From positions 322,948 through 386,947 of IMG/VR virus record IMGVR_UViG_3300021979_000001: a stretch of DNA of 64,000 nucleotides; one strand, 5' to 3'. Numbering within the stretch: position 1 is the first letter of the stretch; each line of letters begins with the position of its first letter. The translations under genes and the position numbers were made by a program. Positions 39,149 through 50,052 of the stretch are shown piece after piece. The notes beneath the pieces were generated by a model. It was not told the DNA's origin and ran no database searches. It saw only the letters and a list, made by a program, of their open reading frames with translations. The DNA comes from a virus. Lineage: Duplodnaviria; Heunggongvirae; Uroviricota; Caudoviricetes.

Positions 39149-39706
39149 TTAAGAATACAAATCAACTGGATTTTTGATCATCGTTACTGGTATATTATAT
39201 TGTTTTATGACCGACATCGCAACATTCAAATTATCATTTGCTTTCTTTAATGCCTTCTGTTTATCAACATCAGACATATCCGATAGCTGCCGTTCAAATA
39301 GTCCTGGGTTTTCAACCAAAAATACGCGGGTAATATATTTTCTAATATCACCAATCGGACCACGAACTATTTCTTCGGCTTCATACCGCCCATGTCGCAT
39401 ACCGCGAGATAAAAAAGAAGAATCGTCATATGGTCGCAAATAGGTTGCCGGATTGTCCGGTTCTTTCGTCATTTCTGCATACGGCATAATCGAGTAATTG
39501 TGTGTCAATTTAGTTCGATCAACAACCAAAACAGAATGATAAAGTCCACCCCATGAATATAGGCGAGCAAAACGAAAATCACGGGTAAAGGAATTTGATG
39601 TTCCATTACCCGATGACATCCGATTGCTTTCCAAAATTTGAACCAAATTCGTCAAACTTGTTGCATGATACAAATGGTCTGGACGAACAATTTCAAATAT
39701 TTTCAT
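39149..39706 (-). CDS. ART-fold protein
   Basis: LYHATS..ILESN..SFTRD..EAEE; MKIFEIV start. Confidence 0.6.
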   Translation of the reverse strand: MKIFEIVRPDHLYHATSLTNLVQILESNRMSSGNGTSNSFTRDFRFARLYSWGGLYHSVLVVDRTKLTHNYSIMPYAEMTKEPDNPATYLRPYDDSSFLSRGMRHGRYEAEEIVRGPIGDIRKYITRVFLVENPGLFERQLSDMSDVDKQKALKKANDNLNVAMSVIKQYNIPVTMIKNPVDLYS

Positions 39707-39720
39707 GGTTGGTGCGTTGC

Positions 39721-40191
39721 TTAGTCTTGATAAATCAAATCATCATCATTGACAAACAAACTAACTTCACCCATGTTTTGGGCCAATTTTGTTAACTGTT
39801 TACCATATTCGGCAATGTCTCTATCCCATGCTCCGGCACCATGATGATTCCGATCAAGCGCAAAATCGTGGCCTGCTTGTGAATAACTATAAACATATTT
39901 GTCTCGTGCCGCGTTAATTATTGGAGCGGCAGATTTCAAATACTCGATACAGTCCTCTTTAAACTCATTTTCTGTTTCAGGCGCAAGATCATATTCAGAA
40001 TCATTAAGATATTCTTCTTCATTTTCTGGATCATCTTCTGCTCGCGGATTTGATGATGACCACAATAATGCGGTGACATAAGCCGACATAAATTCATTAA
40101 ATTCGGCATCAGTATAATTTTGATTATTTTGGGTTTCCGCAACACTTTCCATCAGGGTAACTTTATTCATTAAATCGCGCATACTTGACAT
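39721..40191 (-). CDS. Hypothetical acidic late protein
   Basis: MSSMRDLMNKVTLMES start; AGHDF.L.RNHHGAG.WDR; TAAATA upstream. Confidence 0.7.
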   Translation of the reverse strand: MSSMRDLMNKVTLMESVAETQNNQNYTDAEFNEFMSAYVTALLWSSSNPRAEDDPENEEEYLNDSEYDLAPETENEFKEDCIEYLKSAAPIINAARDKYVYSYSQAGHDFALDRNHHGAGAWDRDIAEYGKQLTKLAQNMGEVSLFVNDDDLIYQD

Positions 40192-40286
40192 ATTAGTTTC
40201 ATCCTATGTTGAATAATATTATGTTATTATTTATGTTAATAATCAAACACACAAAAAATAAAGCCCCATCTTGGGGGCTTTATTTT

Positions 40287-40511
40287 TTATGCTGTCAAGG
40301 TTTTGTTCCAGAAATTTAGTTTATCCAGAACAGGCAACCACCGTTCGTCGCCTTGCTGATTTTGATGACACCGCGCCGCCGCCACCATTTTTTGTTTAAC
40401 GATTGCGGCCATTTCTGATTTGTGTTCATCAACAGTTTTTGGAATATAGTTCATATTACCCCCAATGTATTGATATTTAACCATAATAAATTCACAAACT
40501 TTTGTCAACAA
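40287..40511 (-). CDS. Small hypothetical protein
   Basis: GGGG RBS before MNYIPK; followed by terminator at 40257..40288. Confidence 0.5.
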   Translation of the reverse strand: MLTKVCEFIMVKYQYIGGNMNYIPKTVDEHKSEMAAIVKQKMVAAARCHQNQQGDERWLPVLDKLNFWNKTLTA

Positions 40512-40576
40512 TATTTTTATTAAACAAAGAAAAAAGCACGACCATTTGACCGGATCGTGCTTTTTATTCGATTTTT

Positions 40577-42307
40577 TTACATGCTGTTCAAATGGATTTG
40601 AAAAAGCATGTTATAGATAAACCCGGCAGTGATAAGATCGCGTTCAATTTTATCCTGTTTTCCATAAATGGTGAAACAATTCGCCGCATCATCGATGGCT
40701 TTCGCATTGGGTATCACGGATTTCAACAGTGGTTCGATACCCGCATCCTGGTCATATAATTCGGCGTTATCCCGAAAATGGTCAACCGGACAGAAATAAA
40801 CGTTTAATTCATTTTTGCGGCGACCAGGAGAAATACCAAATACAAACTCATTGGGGCGCATTTTTGCCAGTTCAGCATCTTGCTCGTCGGTGGACAGGGC
40901 ATAAAAGTCTGCCGACCGATCTGACCACGGACGAAGTAATGCCGTTTCTTTATTGTTGTTGATCGTGGTTGTATCAACAACCAAGTTGGTGCCGGTATCA
41001 ACCAGCGTTTCACCAAAACGATTTACCAATACCACCGTAGTGGCGATGGCATCGAGAATCAGCCCGTTTGCAAGTGCCGTGGCCGTTTCTTTATTGGAAA
41101 ACGCATACCAGCAACCATCTGACCGCTGTTTTTTATATGCCATGGGGCTAGCCATGCCCCGCTTAGTCAGCAACGCATCAATTTCGGCCAAATTGCCATC
41201 CGGTATTTCAACCCGGAAAAACTTCTTTATGACCGTGTTTTTATCAATCGTATAGTCATCATCAATCGTATGTGCCATTACGGCACTTGGGTTCATCGTT
41301 TGGTCGTCAGATTGGGACATGACAATTGGTAGATAATTTGTGTGATCATTGAATTGTTCGGCAAGGGCCTGGTCCACGCCACCGTTCAGTTCGACATCGC
41401 CGGTAATTTCAAAATTTTGATCTGACAACATACAATATATATGAGGGACATCACGTCCCAGCATTTCGTTTGATACTTCTGATGCCTGATCGCTATTACA
41501 GCGAATTACCATCCACATCCCCGCATCGGGATTGGTGCCATGACCGATAACAGTTTTGGCCCGCATAATCGGGCGGCTAATGTTCGGAAAACCAGCATGT
41601 AACAAAATGTCATCGATCATGGATGACCCAATGCCAGCGCATTCAAAAAACCAAAAAGAACGTTGTGGCACCGTTTCCATCGGCCACATTGCAGTCACAT
41701 CGGTAAAATCAATGTCGCGGGTATCAGCATCGATGGTGTTACCAGTTCGCGTGTGTGTCAACGCCTTCGTGTATGATATATTCCCATTGGAATCGGTTGA
41801 AAGAACGGATTCATCATCTTCATCAATGGTAAAGTTTTCAATGGTGAGATTACCGTCCTGTGCCGCCTTATATGCTTCATATTGGGCACGACGAACATCT
41901 TCTTCCGTTTCAACGGCGGGCGTTTCCCACGGATCAAACTGTTTCAAATCATTGATTTCTTGTTCAATCTCGCGGTGTTTTTGATAGGTGTTAAAAGGAT
42001 CATTCTGATCTTTGAGCATTTCATTGTTCAAGTCCCGCAAGATTTCCAAATGCGGGATTTCGTCAATTCCATACTTTTTGAAAAATTTTTTCTGTTGCGC
42101 ATCGTCCGCGTGTTCTACCATCAATGGCGGGCGCGTGAAATTTTTCACACGATCATCCTGCAATGATTGTATAATATCCGGGAAATCCGCAGAAACATAG
42201 TTGCGCCCTGATTTCCCGATCAGGGTTTTCACAAATTGTTCAAAATCCAGAATAGTTTCACAGGCACCAATAATGGTGGTAAGATCGCATTTTACCGCAT
42301 AAATCAT
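40577..42307 (-). CDS. Large hypothetical protein
   Basis: 576 aa ORF, GAGG RBS, downstream hairpin terminator. Confidence 0.8.
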   Translation of the reverse strand: MIYAVKCDLTTIIGACETILDFEQFVKTLIGKSGRNYVSADFPDIIQSLQDDRVKNFTRPPLMVEHADDAQQKKFFKKYGIDEIPHLEILRDLNNEMLKDQNDPFNTYQKHREIEQEINDLKQFDPWETPAVETEEDVRRAQYEAYKAAQDGNLTIENFTIDEDDESVLSTDSNGNISYTKALTHTRTGNTIDADTRDIDFTDVTAMWPMETVPQRSFWFFECAGIGSSMIDDILLHAGFPNISRPIMRAKTVIGHGTNPDAGMWMVIRCNSDQASEVSNEMLGRDVPHIYCMLSDQNFEITGDVELNGGVDQALAEQFNDHTNYLPIVMSQSDDQTMNPSAVMAHTIDDDYTIDKNTVIKKFFRVEIPDGNLAEIDALLTKRGMASPMAYKKQRSDGCWYAFSNKETATALANGLILDAIATTVVLVNRFGETLVDTGTNLVVDTTTINNNKETALLRPWSDRSADFYALSTDEQDAELAKMRPNEFVFGISPGRRKNELNVYFCPVDHFRDNAELYDQDAGIEPLLKSVIPNAKAIDDAANCFTIYGKQDKIERDLITAGFIYNMLFQIHLNSM

Positions 42308-42350
42308 ATCAAACCCTCTTTTACCAAATACTTACATGCATACTAATACT

Positions 42351-42749
42351 TTATAAATATGGTGTCAATGAACAAGTGAACACATTTTTCTGGTTGACTA
42401 AATTTAACATGTTTATGTAAAAAACCCCCGGTGATACCGGGATATTATTTGGCAACGTTACAATTACGTTTTTGTCGTGAATAATCACACGTTCGTTCGG
42501 AATTCTATTGGGATGCCAATAGGTTACTGTAATTGGAGAAAAAGCAATCGTGGTTCCACCCGGCTTTTCACTCACCCAGGTTCGTATCGAGTGATCTGGG
42601 TTTACATATGTTGGTGCTGCATGAACTGCGGTAATGACTGTTGCATCATTTTCTCCCACAACCAATGGGAATGAAACAAGACAACCCGGATCAATAGTAT
42701 ATACTTGATCCGGGTCTAAATCTTCAATAATCGTTAATGGATATAACAT
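42351..42749 (-). CDS. Hypothetical late protein
   Basis: 132 aa, beta-rich, TAAATA upstream. Confidence 0.65.
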   Translation of the reverse strand: MLYPLTIIEDLDPDQVYTIDPGCLVSFPLVVGENDATVITAVHAAPTYVNPDHSIRTWVSEKPGGTTIAFSPITVTYWHPNRIPNERVIIHDKNVIVTLPNNIPVSPGVFYINMLNLVNQKNVFTCSLTPYL

Positions 42750-42776
42750 GGCTCAACCTATTATGGATGAACTTAT

Positions 42777-43250
42777 TTATCCATTCGAGCCATCAACAAC
42801 CTGATCAAACTCATTTTTCTGTGGTGGTTGAAATGACCGAATCATAGAGTCAACAACATCGGGCGGAATAAATTTACCGGTGTTGTTATACCGATCTTCC
42901 AACCGATGATCTAACACTTCGCGGTCAATGTTGTTAAACATCACCGCAATGTGTTCGTATCCTGTGCTATTTTGCAACCAGAATTGCCGGGATTTTACCG
43001 ACATGTTTGTCCGGTCAACAATAATATCATCACCGGCTTGAACTGCCTGCAAAAAAAGTTCATGCATGAATTTGGTTGCGTCTCCCATCACGCCCATATT
43101 GAAGGCATCAGAATACGAACACCCGTTATCACGAGCGAACTGTTCAATCCAATCATCCGTCGAAATGACAACGGTTGATGGGGTTGTGTTTTTTGCACGC
43201 CAGGTAGATTTTCCTGATCCCGGTGGACCAATCAACATGTATAGCTTCAT
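42777..43250 (-). CDS. Polynucleotide kinase-like P-loop kinase (AAA_33)
   Basis: GPPGSGKST, IS.D, IIVDRTN..SR, R..R lid, IP..V. Confidence 0.85.
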   Translation of the reverse strand: MKLYMLIGPPGSGKSTWRAKNTTPSTVVISTDDWIEQFARDNGCSYSDAFNMGVMGDATKFMHELFLQAVQAGDDIIVDRTNMSVKSRQFWLQNSTGYEHIAVMFNNIDREVLDHRLEDRYNNTGKFIPPDVVDSMIRSFQPPQKNEFDQVVDGSNG

Positions 43251-43263
43251 TCTGTTTTCCTGT

Positions 43264-43476
43264 TTAGTCACTGTCCCATGTAGCTTTCCATGGGGCAATT
43301 ATAGTTGCGAGGTCGGTGACAGTTATTCGTATTATTAGCATAATCGGCCAAAACAGAAAAAACATGAGTGACCAGAATAACGCGGAGATCGTCGAATGCC
43401 GGACATACAACCGCCATGATAATTCAAATATGGCGATCAGTGCCGACAAAGTAGTCCAACATATAATGAAAATCAT
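43264..43476 (-). CDS. Small two-TM membrane protein
   Basis: Two hydrophobic segments, ..FLFWPI. Confidence 0.6.
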   Translation of the reverse strand: MIFIICWTTLSALIAIFELSWRLYVRHSTISALFWSLMFFLFWPIMLIIRITVTDLATIIAPWKATWDSD

Positions 43477-44195
43477 TGTAATTCCTTCAATTTAACGATT
43501 GTCAGAACATCATATGTTGTTTCCTGGTTGAGCGGGTTTCGAAAAAGGGACTGGACATATTCCAGCTTGATTTTTTGTCCACTTTTTAAAACCTGTTTCG
43601 CACACTCAAACATGGTTTCATCGGTGATTGACATATCGATGAACTGGTTCCCGGCATTACCAATTTGCATGGTAATTTCAAAAGTCGTGTTGATGCCCCC
43701 TTGATCGGCCACTTTTACCAGTCGCCCAACCCGCGTTCCGGTTGACTTGGAACCAGTCGCATTGGCATTCACACACCCGTTTTCGGGAAATACCGATGGA
43801 TCAACTTTGATGAACTGTTCCACAACATTGCTGGTGTCCCCAGAAAACCCGGAATGAACCAATTTTTCCCGATATGGAACGACGACATATTCACCAATCA
43901 TATTTTGATTGGCGTTAAAAACTTCTGTAGATGTTGAAAACATCCACGGATTTTTGATTTCTGATGTTGTTTTGCCATCGCTGTCAACTTTTTCAACAAC
44001 CAACGGGGTTGATTCCGCCCCTAACAGGATTTCTCCTTCTCCGGTTTTGTTGATCCAGCCTTTGGTTGAATACTTCGAAAGCTGACCCATGCGGTAGCCT
44101 TCCGCATAGGTATTCATATCTGCCTTTGCGGAACAGGTGGCACAAATAACGCCAATGAACGCACTAATCAAAACAATATACACGATGCTACGCAT
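43473..44195 (-). CDS. Exported protein with two repeated beta domains
   Basis: Signal peptide; YAEGYRMGQLSK..KG..KT.EG repeated as STGTRVGRLVK..G..TTFE. Confidence 0.75.
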   Translation of the reverse strand: MRSIVYIVLISAFIGVICATCSAKADMNTYAEGYRMGQLSKYSTKGWINKTGEGEILLGAESTPLVVEKVDSDGKTTSEIKNPWMFSTSTEVFNANQNMIGEYVVVPYREKLVHSGFSGDTSNVVEQFIKVDPSVFPENGCVNANATGSKSTGTRVGRLVKVADQGGINTTFEITMQIGNAGNQFIDMSITDETMFECAKQVLKSGQKIKLEYVQSLFRNPLNQETTYDVLTIVKLKELQ

Positions 44196-44347
44196 TGAAA
44201 CTTCCTTTAACTTTGGACTTTTAATACCATATCAGTGCATATGTGTTTAGTAAACAATTATTTTTTTAAAATACTGTGGTAAAATTAATGTTGTGGTTTT
44301 TTATATTATGCAGTATAACTTAGTTTATAGATTGAAAGGATAATGTT

Positions 44348-45490
44348 ATGAAATTGGACCTGTCTGTATTACCAAAAGGGGCAAAAAAACTTCAATGTGC
44401 ATTTTCGGCGCATGGATTTCCGTTATATCTGGTTGGCGGGGCAGTTCGTGATGTTGTTCGCGGCGAACCTGCCAAAGATTTTGATCTGGCAAGCGCCGCA
44501 ACGCCGGATGAAATGGTTGCAATATGCAATGAATTTGATTTTCATTACATACCAACCGGGCTGAAACACGGCACCCTTACCGTCATGGTCAATTCGGTTG
44601 GTTATGAGATAACAACCTTTCGGACGGAAACGGACCATGACGGTCGTCATGCAACGGTATCCTACACGCGGGAACTGTCCGAAGATTTGGCCCGTCGTGA
44701 TTTCACCGCTAACGCAATGGCCGTGAGCCTTGAAACGAATGAACTGGTTGATTTGTTCGGTGGTTACGATGATGCAAAAAATGGTGTTGTTCGCTTTGTT
44801 GGTGATGCCAATGCCCGCATAACCGAGGATTTTCTTCGGATATTCCGGTTTTTTCGGTTCAATGCCCGGTTTGGACATCGCGCAAGCAAAACCATGTTGC
44901 AAGTGATGAACCAAAACAAGCATGGTGTCGCATCCCTTTCCGGGGAACGGATATGGAGCGAAATGTCCCGTATACTGTCTTATGACACTTTTGCCGGGAC
45001 CATGGCTGATCTTCGCATGTGCGGGGTTCTTGATGTTGTTGGGATGATGTTACCGGTGGATGTCTCAATGCCATTACCAGCCAAAAAAGCAACCCCTGCT
45101 GCAATGATGGGGTTCATGATGCAGGATATGTCTGCCACCACATTTGACAAACTGGTGCGGCGGTTAAAATTCAGCGTGAATGAAATGAAATTGGCACATT
45201 TCGTTCATACTAATGCAGGTCTGGTATCGGAATCAGAATTGAAGTGGATGGTGTTGAATGGAACCCCGAAAACTTGGGTTGTTGATTTGCTGACCGTGAC
45301 AAGTTCAATGCTGCTTGATGATTTTATGACATGGGACGTTCCAAATTTCCCAGTTCGTGGATCGGATTTGCTGGAAGCAGGAATGGTGCCAGGCAAAGAA
45401 CTTGGTAATACATTACATGCATTGAAACGGCACTGGTTTGACAATGGCTGTGTTAAAACCAAAGATGACCTTATGGCAATGGTTGTCTAA
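44348..45490 (+). CDS. cca: CCA tRNA nucleotidyltransferase
   Basis: YLVGGAVRD, DFDLA, TG.KHGT, EITTFR, DLARRDFT.NA, ED.LR..R..RF, SGERI..E. Confidence 0.93.
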   Translation: MKLDLSVLPKGAKKLQCAFSAHGFPLYLVGGAVRDVVRGEPAKDFDLASAATPDEMVAICNEFDFHYIPTGLKHGTLTVMVNSVGYEITTFRTETDHDGRHATVSYTRELSEDLARRDFTANAMAVSLETNELVDLFGGYDDAKNGVVRFVGDANARITEDFLRIFRFFRFNARFGHRASKTMLQVMNQNKHGVASLSGERIWSEMSRILSYDTFAGTMADLRMCGVLDVVGMMLPVDVSMPLPAKKATPAAMMGFMMQDMSATTFDKLVRRLKFSVNEMKLAHFVHTNAGLVSESELKWMVLNGTPKTWVVDLLTVTSSMLLDDFMTWDVPNFPVRGSDLLEAGMVPGKELGNTLHALKRHWFDNGCVKTKDDLMAMVV

Positions 45491-46637
45491 CACATTGCTG
45501 TAAAATGGTCTCAACCTTCGTAAATACCGAACTCAACATGTCAGGGTCATTTGCGGGTATCACAGTATATCCCAAATGATCCTGATAATGTTTTGACACC
45601 TCATTATTATATCCATCATCAATCATGACAATTACGTCTAGTGTTGTCATTTCATCCAGCCATTGGCAATCGCGGGTATTTGCCGGATAATCCTGCATGA
45701 CAAACCCGCCGAGTGCATCCCGCATAACCAATCGCGATCTAATAAGTTCAGCCTTGACATTATGTAATGCCGGTTGCTGCGCCTGATATGCAGCAACAAT
45801 TGGATCATCCGCACCCAATGTATCAACTATTTCATCTGGTGTGATATGGGGAACTTCGTATGTTGATGCTAACTGATTTCCCAATTCGTTACTTGCATTT
45901 ATCAGCAAAATTTTTGGGCGAACAATCCCACTTGGATCAACATCAATCCCAATATATTCTAAAAATACCGGTAGTTCACTGTAACATACTGGGCCACGAA
46001 TAACCGGGATATTGACTGCATTTTCCAATACAGAATCATCACCCATTGTTTTCCCTGGAATCAGGATGGCATCGGCACCGGTAACATCCCCGATTTCTTC
46101 TGCGATTTTGTCAGTGGTCAGCCAGGCAGCAATTGCTATATCAAGTGCCCTGATTTCATATGTAAAATCAATCTCGCCCAATGCATCAACGACACGTTGT
46201 AAACCTGTTTTTGCAAGCTGACCCGTCACCATGATGATATGTTGATCAGGTTCCGGGCGATACTCTAAAATGGTGTGCGTTTCGATGATTTCTGGTCTTG
46301 GGGCTGAACAATTTGCATCAATCTGACCGATTATTTCAACCGCATTTTGATCAAAAACGATTATTTCCGATCCATCGCCTATCACACATCCATCAAACGA
46401 ACGATCATGTGTAAATGATACCATCGTTTCAATAAATTCATCGCGACTTACGGCGTAATATGCATTTCTCAAACTAATTCGACATTCATAAACATCGGGA
46501 CCAGCATCAACCGCCTGGTTGAAATCAGAAAACAATGCACCAGACACCGGATCAATATCAATTGAACCAGATGTTCCATAAAATTTGATGCCATTATATG
46601 GCCGGTATATGTTGAGTTGATTAATAATATCACGCAT
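45471..46637 (-). CDS. Fusion: ART-PolyVal-like + DUF6513-like + degenerate adenylate-kinase-like domains
   Basis: FYGTS..FS..L.NA..FDG; HIIMVTGQLA..IAA.LT..ILIPG..RGP; LASTY..PHI..GFVMQDYP. Confidence 0.55.
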   Translation of the reverse strand: MRDIINQLNIYRPYNGIKFYGTSGSIDIDPVSGALFSDFNQAVDAGPDVYECRISLRNAYYAVSRDEFIETMVSFTHDRSFDGCVIGDGSEIIVFDQNAVEIIGQIDANCSAPRPEIIETHTILEYRPEPDQHIIMVTGQLAKTGLQRVVDALGEIDFTYEIRALDIAIAAWLTTDKIAEEIGDVTGADAILIPGKTMGDDSVLENAVNIPVIRGPVCYSELPVFLEYIGIDVDPSGIVRPKILLINASNELGNQLASTYEVPHITPDEIVDTLGADDPIVAAYQAQQPALHNVKAELIRSRLVMRDALGGFVMQDYPANTRDCQWLDEMTTLDVIVMIDDGYNNEVSKHYQDHLGYTVIPANDPDMLSSVFTKVETILQQCVRQPLP

Positions 46638-46782
46638 AATTTTATTTATTAAAAACAGCCAGTATCGATATATGCTCTATATACACGTTAAAAAGCCACC
46701 AGACGCAATTAAAGCATTTGGTGGCTGTTCGATGCAGTATTCGGTTACATGCGTTGTATGGCGATATTTTCCCTCGTAGTGA

Positions 46783-46965
46783 TCACCATAGATTAAACCA
46801 AATACCGATGCCGTGAACGATTGCAATTGGAAACGCCATGGCTCCGGCAATCAAAAATCCCCAGTTCTCGGTAATGAAACAGGTGTATACGTGTTGTAAC
46901 CACGCACCTACACAAACCAAAAAAATAAATACGAATGACAAAACACAACCAAAACGTCCCTGCAT
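46783..46965 (-). CDS. Small membrane protein
   Basis: AGGAGAG RBS, hydrophobic, FPIAIVHGIGIWF. Confidence 0.7.
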   Translation of the reverse strand: MQGRFGCVLSFVFIFLVCVGAWLQHVYTCFITENWGFLIAGAMAFPIAIVHGIGIWFNLW

Positions 46966-47037
46966 GACAATCTCTCCTATTTAAAAATACATACCCCCCG
47001 ACATTTTTCACTGATGCCAGGGGGTATTGTTGGTTGA

Positions 47038-47976
47038 TTATTGGGTTGGGTTGGTGCGGTTCCAAATGGTCGGAGACGCATCTTCGATTGCGATGACCAA
47101 CCGGCTTGACACGCTGTTCGACATTTTGAAATCCTTTCGAGCGATTAAAAGGGCATCAACCGTCGGAACTTCAACCGAATCTTCGCCCCAACCGTCGTCA
47201 ATCAAATTATTGTAGACGCCCGGTTTTTGGCCGGGATCACGGCGAATGATTTTTTCAAAGTGATACATCGGGGCACCATCGCTCCCTTTGATTTCCTTGA
47301 AATCGCTGTCATCAACATCAATCAGGCGCAATGCCGGTTCGCGGTCGCGGGTATTGACGGACATCAGGTTTGCCGCTTGCATGTCCGGCGAGTTCAACCC
47401 AGACACCCAAAGCATACAGGTATCATTGCTGTCCTTAACCTTGCGGGCGGCTTCGATGCCAACAGAATCGGGTATGCGTTCGCTTTTATCATACGCGGTA
47501 TTCGCTGTTCGCAATGCCCGCCATGTCTCGGCAGAACCACCGCCATCCGGGCCAACAATCAATTTTCCGTTATTATTACCAACGTCCGAGATTGAATCCC
47601 AGTCGGAGTTGACCGGGCAGAGAACATGAACATATTCGGTATACAAATTGGCAAACTTGTCCAATTCGCCAAGGGCTTTCGGATTTTCCATCCGAAAGAG
47701 ATCATTCACGTCGGACTGGACGATGCCCATGTCACAATCGCCAGCCATCAGGCGGCGCAGGTTGTCGAGCGACCCGCCAGTTTCAATGATTTCGACATCG
47801 GTAAATACGCCGTTTAGCCGTTTCGAGATTTCATTGGCAGCAAAAGTGTAGTTCCCCGTGGGCGACCCGGCGCAAACGCGCAAAACCTGGTCGGCAGCAG
47901 AAGCCGGATTTTTGAATACAAGCATGGCAATCATCATGATCGGAATGGCATAACATGCCGTTTTAAAAAATTTCAT
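47038..47976 (-). CDS. TAXI-family TRAP solute-binding-like exported protein
   Basis: Signal peptide; G...GNY, TGGS.DNL, D.GIVQSD, LY.EYVH, G..GGGS..T. Confidence 0.8.
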   Translation of the reverse strand: MKFFKTACYAIPIMMIAMLVFKNPASAADQVLRVCAGSPTGNYTFAANEISKRLNGVFTDVEIIETGGSLDNLRRLMAGDCDMGIVQSDVNDLFRMENPKALGELDKFANLYTEYVHVLCPVNSDWDSISDVGNNNGKLIVGPDGGGSAETWRALRTANTAYDKSERIPDSVGIEAARKVKDSNDTCMLWVSGLNSPDMQAANLMSVNTRDREPALRLIDVDDSDFKEIKGSDGAPMYHFEKIIRRDPGQKPGVYNNLIDDGWGEDSVEVPTVDALLIARKDFKMSNSVSSRLVIAIEDASPTIWNRTNPTQ

Positions 47977-48151
47977 TTTGTCACCCTGTCGTTGACCCTG
48001 TTGTGATCCTTGATTGGAACAAGAATTAACATACACCAAATTTTAAAAAAGTAAACTGTTTTTTTTAATATTGGTGATGATTAATATTTCATGATTACAC
48101 GTTCATTATTTGGTTAACCCCCATGATATATGGATCATGATTTCACTTGTC

Positions 48152-49048
48152 TTAACGTATTTCCTCGCCATGCCGAATAATTTCGTTCCGCCATTTTTTC
48201 CAGAATTGTTTGGCGTCGGCCAGGTATTCTTTTTTGCGTTCGGTTGAACAATAATTACCTAATTGTCCAACAATAATTTTTGCAACTTTTTTCGCTCGCA
48301 TATTTTTCAACTTATCATATGAGACCTGGGTCTCCTTGATGCGTATATGTGTGTTTGATTCAAACACAAACAAATAGTTGATGACATCGTTGGAATGATG
48401 AAAAATCGCATCATCCGGTATATAATGTTTTACAAATATCAAACGATTAATTTTATTTCCAACAACCCCAACCGGAATAGCCTGATATTTTAAGTCGGCA
48501 CTAACTATCAATTCCGACGAAACCATATCCGGTGCAAAGATAATATCAGTTTCGCCCAACGATATATCAACTTGGTATGTGGACAAATTGCTAGGCAATT
48601 TGTCCATTTTGGTATTTAAAATTTTAAGTGTCATTGTTGACAAATTATCGGGCAGCGTAAATGGAACCTTATTGCTATCAACAACAACAAAGTCGAAAAT
48701 CTTTTCATGCCCATCATCACGTAAAACAACTTTTTCTGGGATATTAATGATTTTGGTGTCAGTGAGACAAATACCATTACCAACAACCAGGGTATCAGGT
48801 AGTTGAGTAATATTTGTCCCAATGATAGATAATTCGCGATGAACGACAAGCCCATCCGGTAGCCGGTTGATTTTATTTCCTGTAATACACGCACTACCCA
48901 AAATGGTAAGATCATCAGGCAACTTATCGATGTCGTGTTTACTCAAATCAAGATTGTGTCGAACAATCTGATTTGATTTTGTCATAAAATCATCCACCGG
49001 TATATCGACGCCGTTGATTTGAATAGTTTTGTTTGATGAATTGGTCAT
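48152..49048 (-). CDS. LRR-like repeat protein, family C
   Basis: LPDDLT.., LPDGLVV, LPDTLVV repeats; ends FWKKWRNEIIRHGE. Confidence 0.75.
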   Translation of the reverse strand: MTNSSNKTIQINGVDIPVDDFMTKSNQIVRHNLDLSKHDIDKLPDDLTILGSACITGNKINRLPDGLVVHRELSIIGTNITQLPDTLVVGNGICLTDTKIINIPEKVVLRDDGHEKIFDFVVVDSNKVPFTLPDNLSTMTLKILNTKMDKLPSNLSTYQVDISLGETDIIFAPDMVSSELIVSADLKYQAIPVGVVGNKINRLIFVKHYIPDDAIFHHSNDVINYLFVFESNTHIRIKETQVSYDKLKNMRAKKVAKIIVGQLGNYCSTERKKEYLADAKQFWKKWRNEIIRHGEEIR

Positions 49049-49081
49049 GCTATATCACCCAAAAATAGGTTTTTTTGTTAC

Positions 49082-49954
49082 TTACGCATTTTCTGCAATT
49101 GTTTCGCCATGACGGATAATTTCATCCCGCCATTTTTCCCAGAATGTTTTTGCATTATATTTGTAATTGTTCAACCAATCCAACGGATCATGCCGCCCGG
49201 TCTCACCAAGCAATAACGCGCCAGCATCATCCGATGTCATCTCTTTCAGATCATCATACGAAACCGATGTGCCGTTGATAACCAAGGTATCCGATGATTT
49301 AAAAACGAGGTCATATGTAATGATGACTACCAAGCCATCATTATGATAATCAACAAACTTGATTGTTTTTACATTGCGCGGGATAGGTTGTGCCTCTAAT
49401 GATGAACAAATATGCAAGCACAAAACGTTTAAATCATTAGGCAAGCACAACGTATTATTGACCAAAGCATGACCGATGGACCCCGTTGGAATTATCGACA
49501 ACCGTGATGCAAAAAGTCCCAAAGGCAATTCGTTAACTTTGGTATCTACTAAATAGACACTATCACACATCATATTGTCTGCCAATTTGACCGGAACTGT
49601 ATTTTCCATACAAGTAATACCCACTCGGCTTTTTTGTGCAGGAATATAATTAATTTTTGTTCTAGCCAGCATTAAATGTTTGGCAATCGCCATCGTTTCG
49701 GGCAAACGCGTGATGTTTGTTCCAATAATCGCAAGTGATCCGTCTACTACCAGATTTTCTGGTAGATAATTAATATGGTTTGTGTTGATTTCCAACAAGC
49801 CATTTACCTGTAAATTAGTAGGTAATTGGTAAATTTCATACTTTTCGTCAATTTCCAAATTATGATTGACCACCAAATGGTCCGAATTCATAAAATCATC
49901 CACAGGCATATCGACGCCATTGATTTCAATCGTTTCGCGTGATGAATTGGTCAT
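49082..49954 (-). CDS. LRR-like repeat protein, family C
   Basis: LPTNLQV.G.L, LPENLVV.GSL; GGAG RBS before MTNSS. Confidence 0.75.
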   Translation of the reverse strand: MTNSSRETIEINGVDMPVDDFMNSDHLVVNHNLEIDEKYEIYQLPTNLQVNGLLEINTNHINYLPENLVVDGSLAIIGTNITRLPETMAIAKHLMLARTKINYIPAQKSRVGITCMENTVPVKLADNMMCDSVYLVDTKVNELPLGLFASRLSIIPTGSIGHALVNNTLCLPNDLNVLCLHICSSLEAQPIPRNVKTIKFVDYHNDGLVVIITYDLVFKSSDTLVINGTSVSYDDLKEMTSDDAGALLLGETGRHDPLDWLNNYKYNAKTFWEKWRDEIIRHGETIAENA

Positions 49955-50052
49955 GATATTATCTCCAAAATAATGCGGTTGGTTATTGAAGTAATATACC
50001 CCACAATTAAAAAACGTCAATCATTATATAAATAATTGACGCTTTTTGTTAC

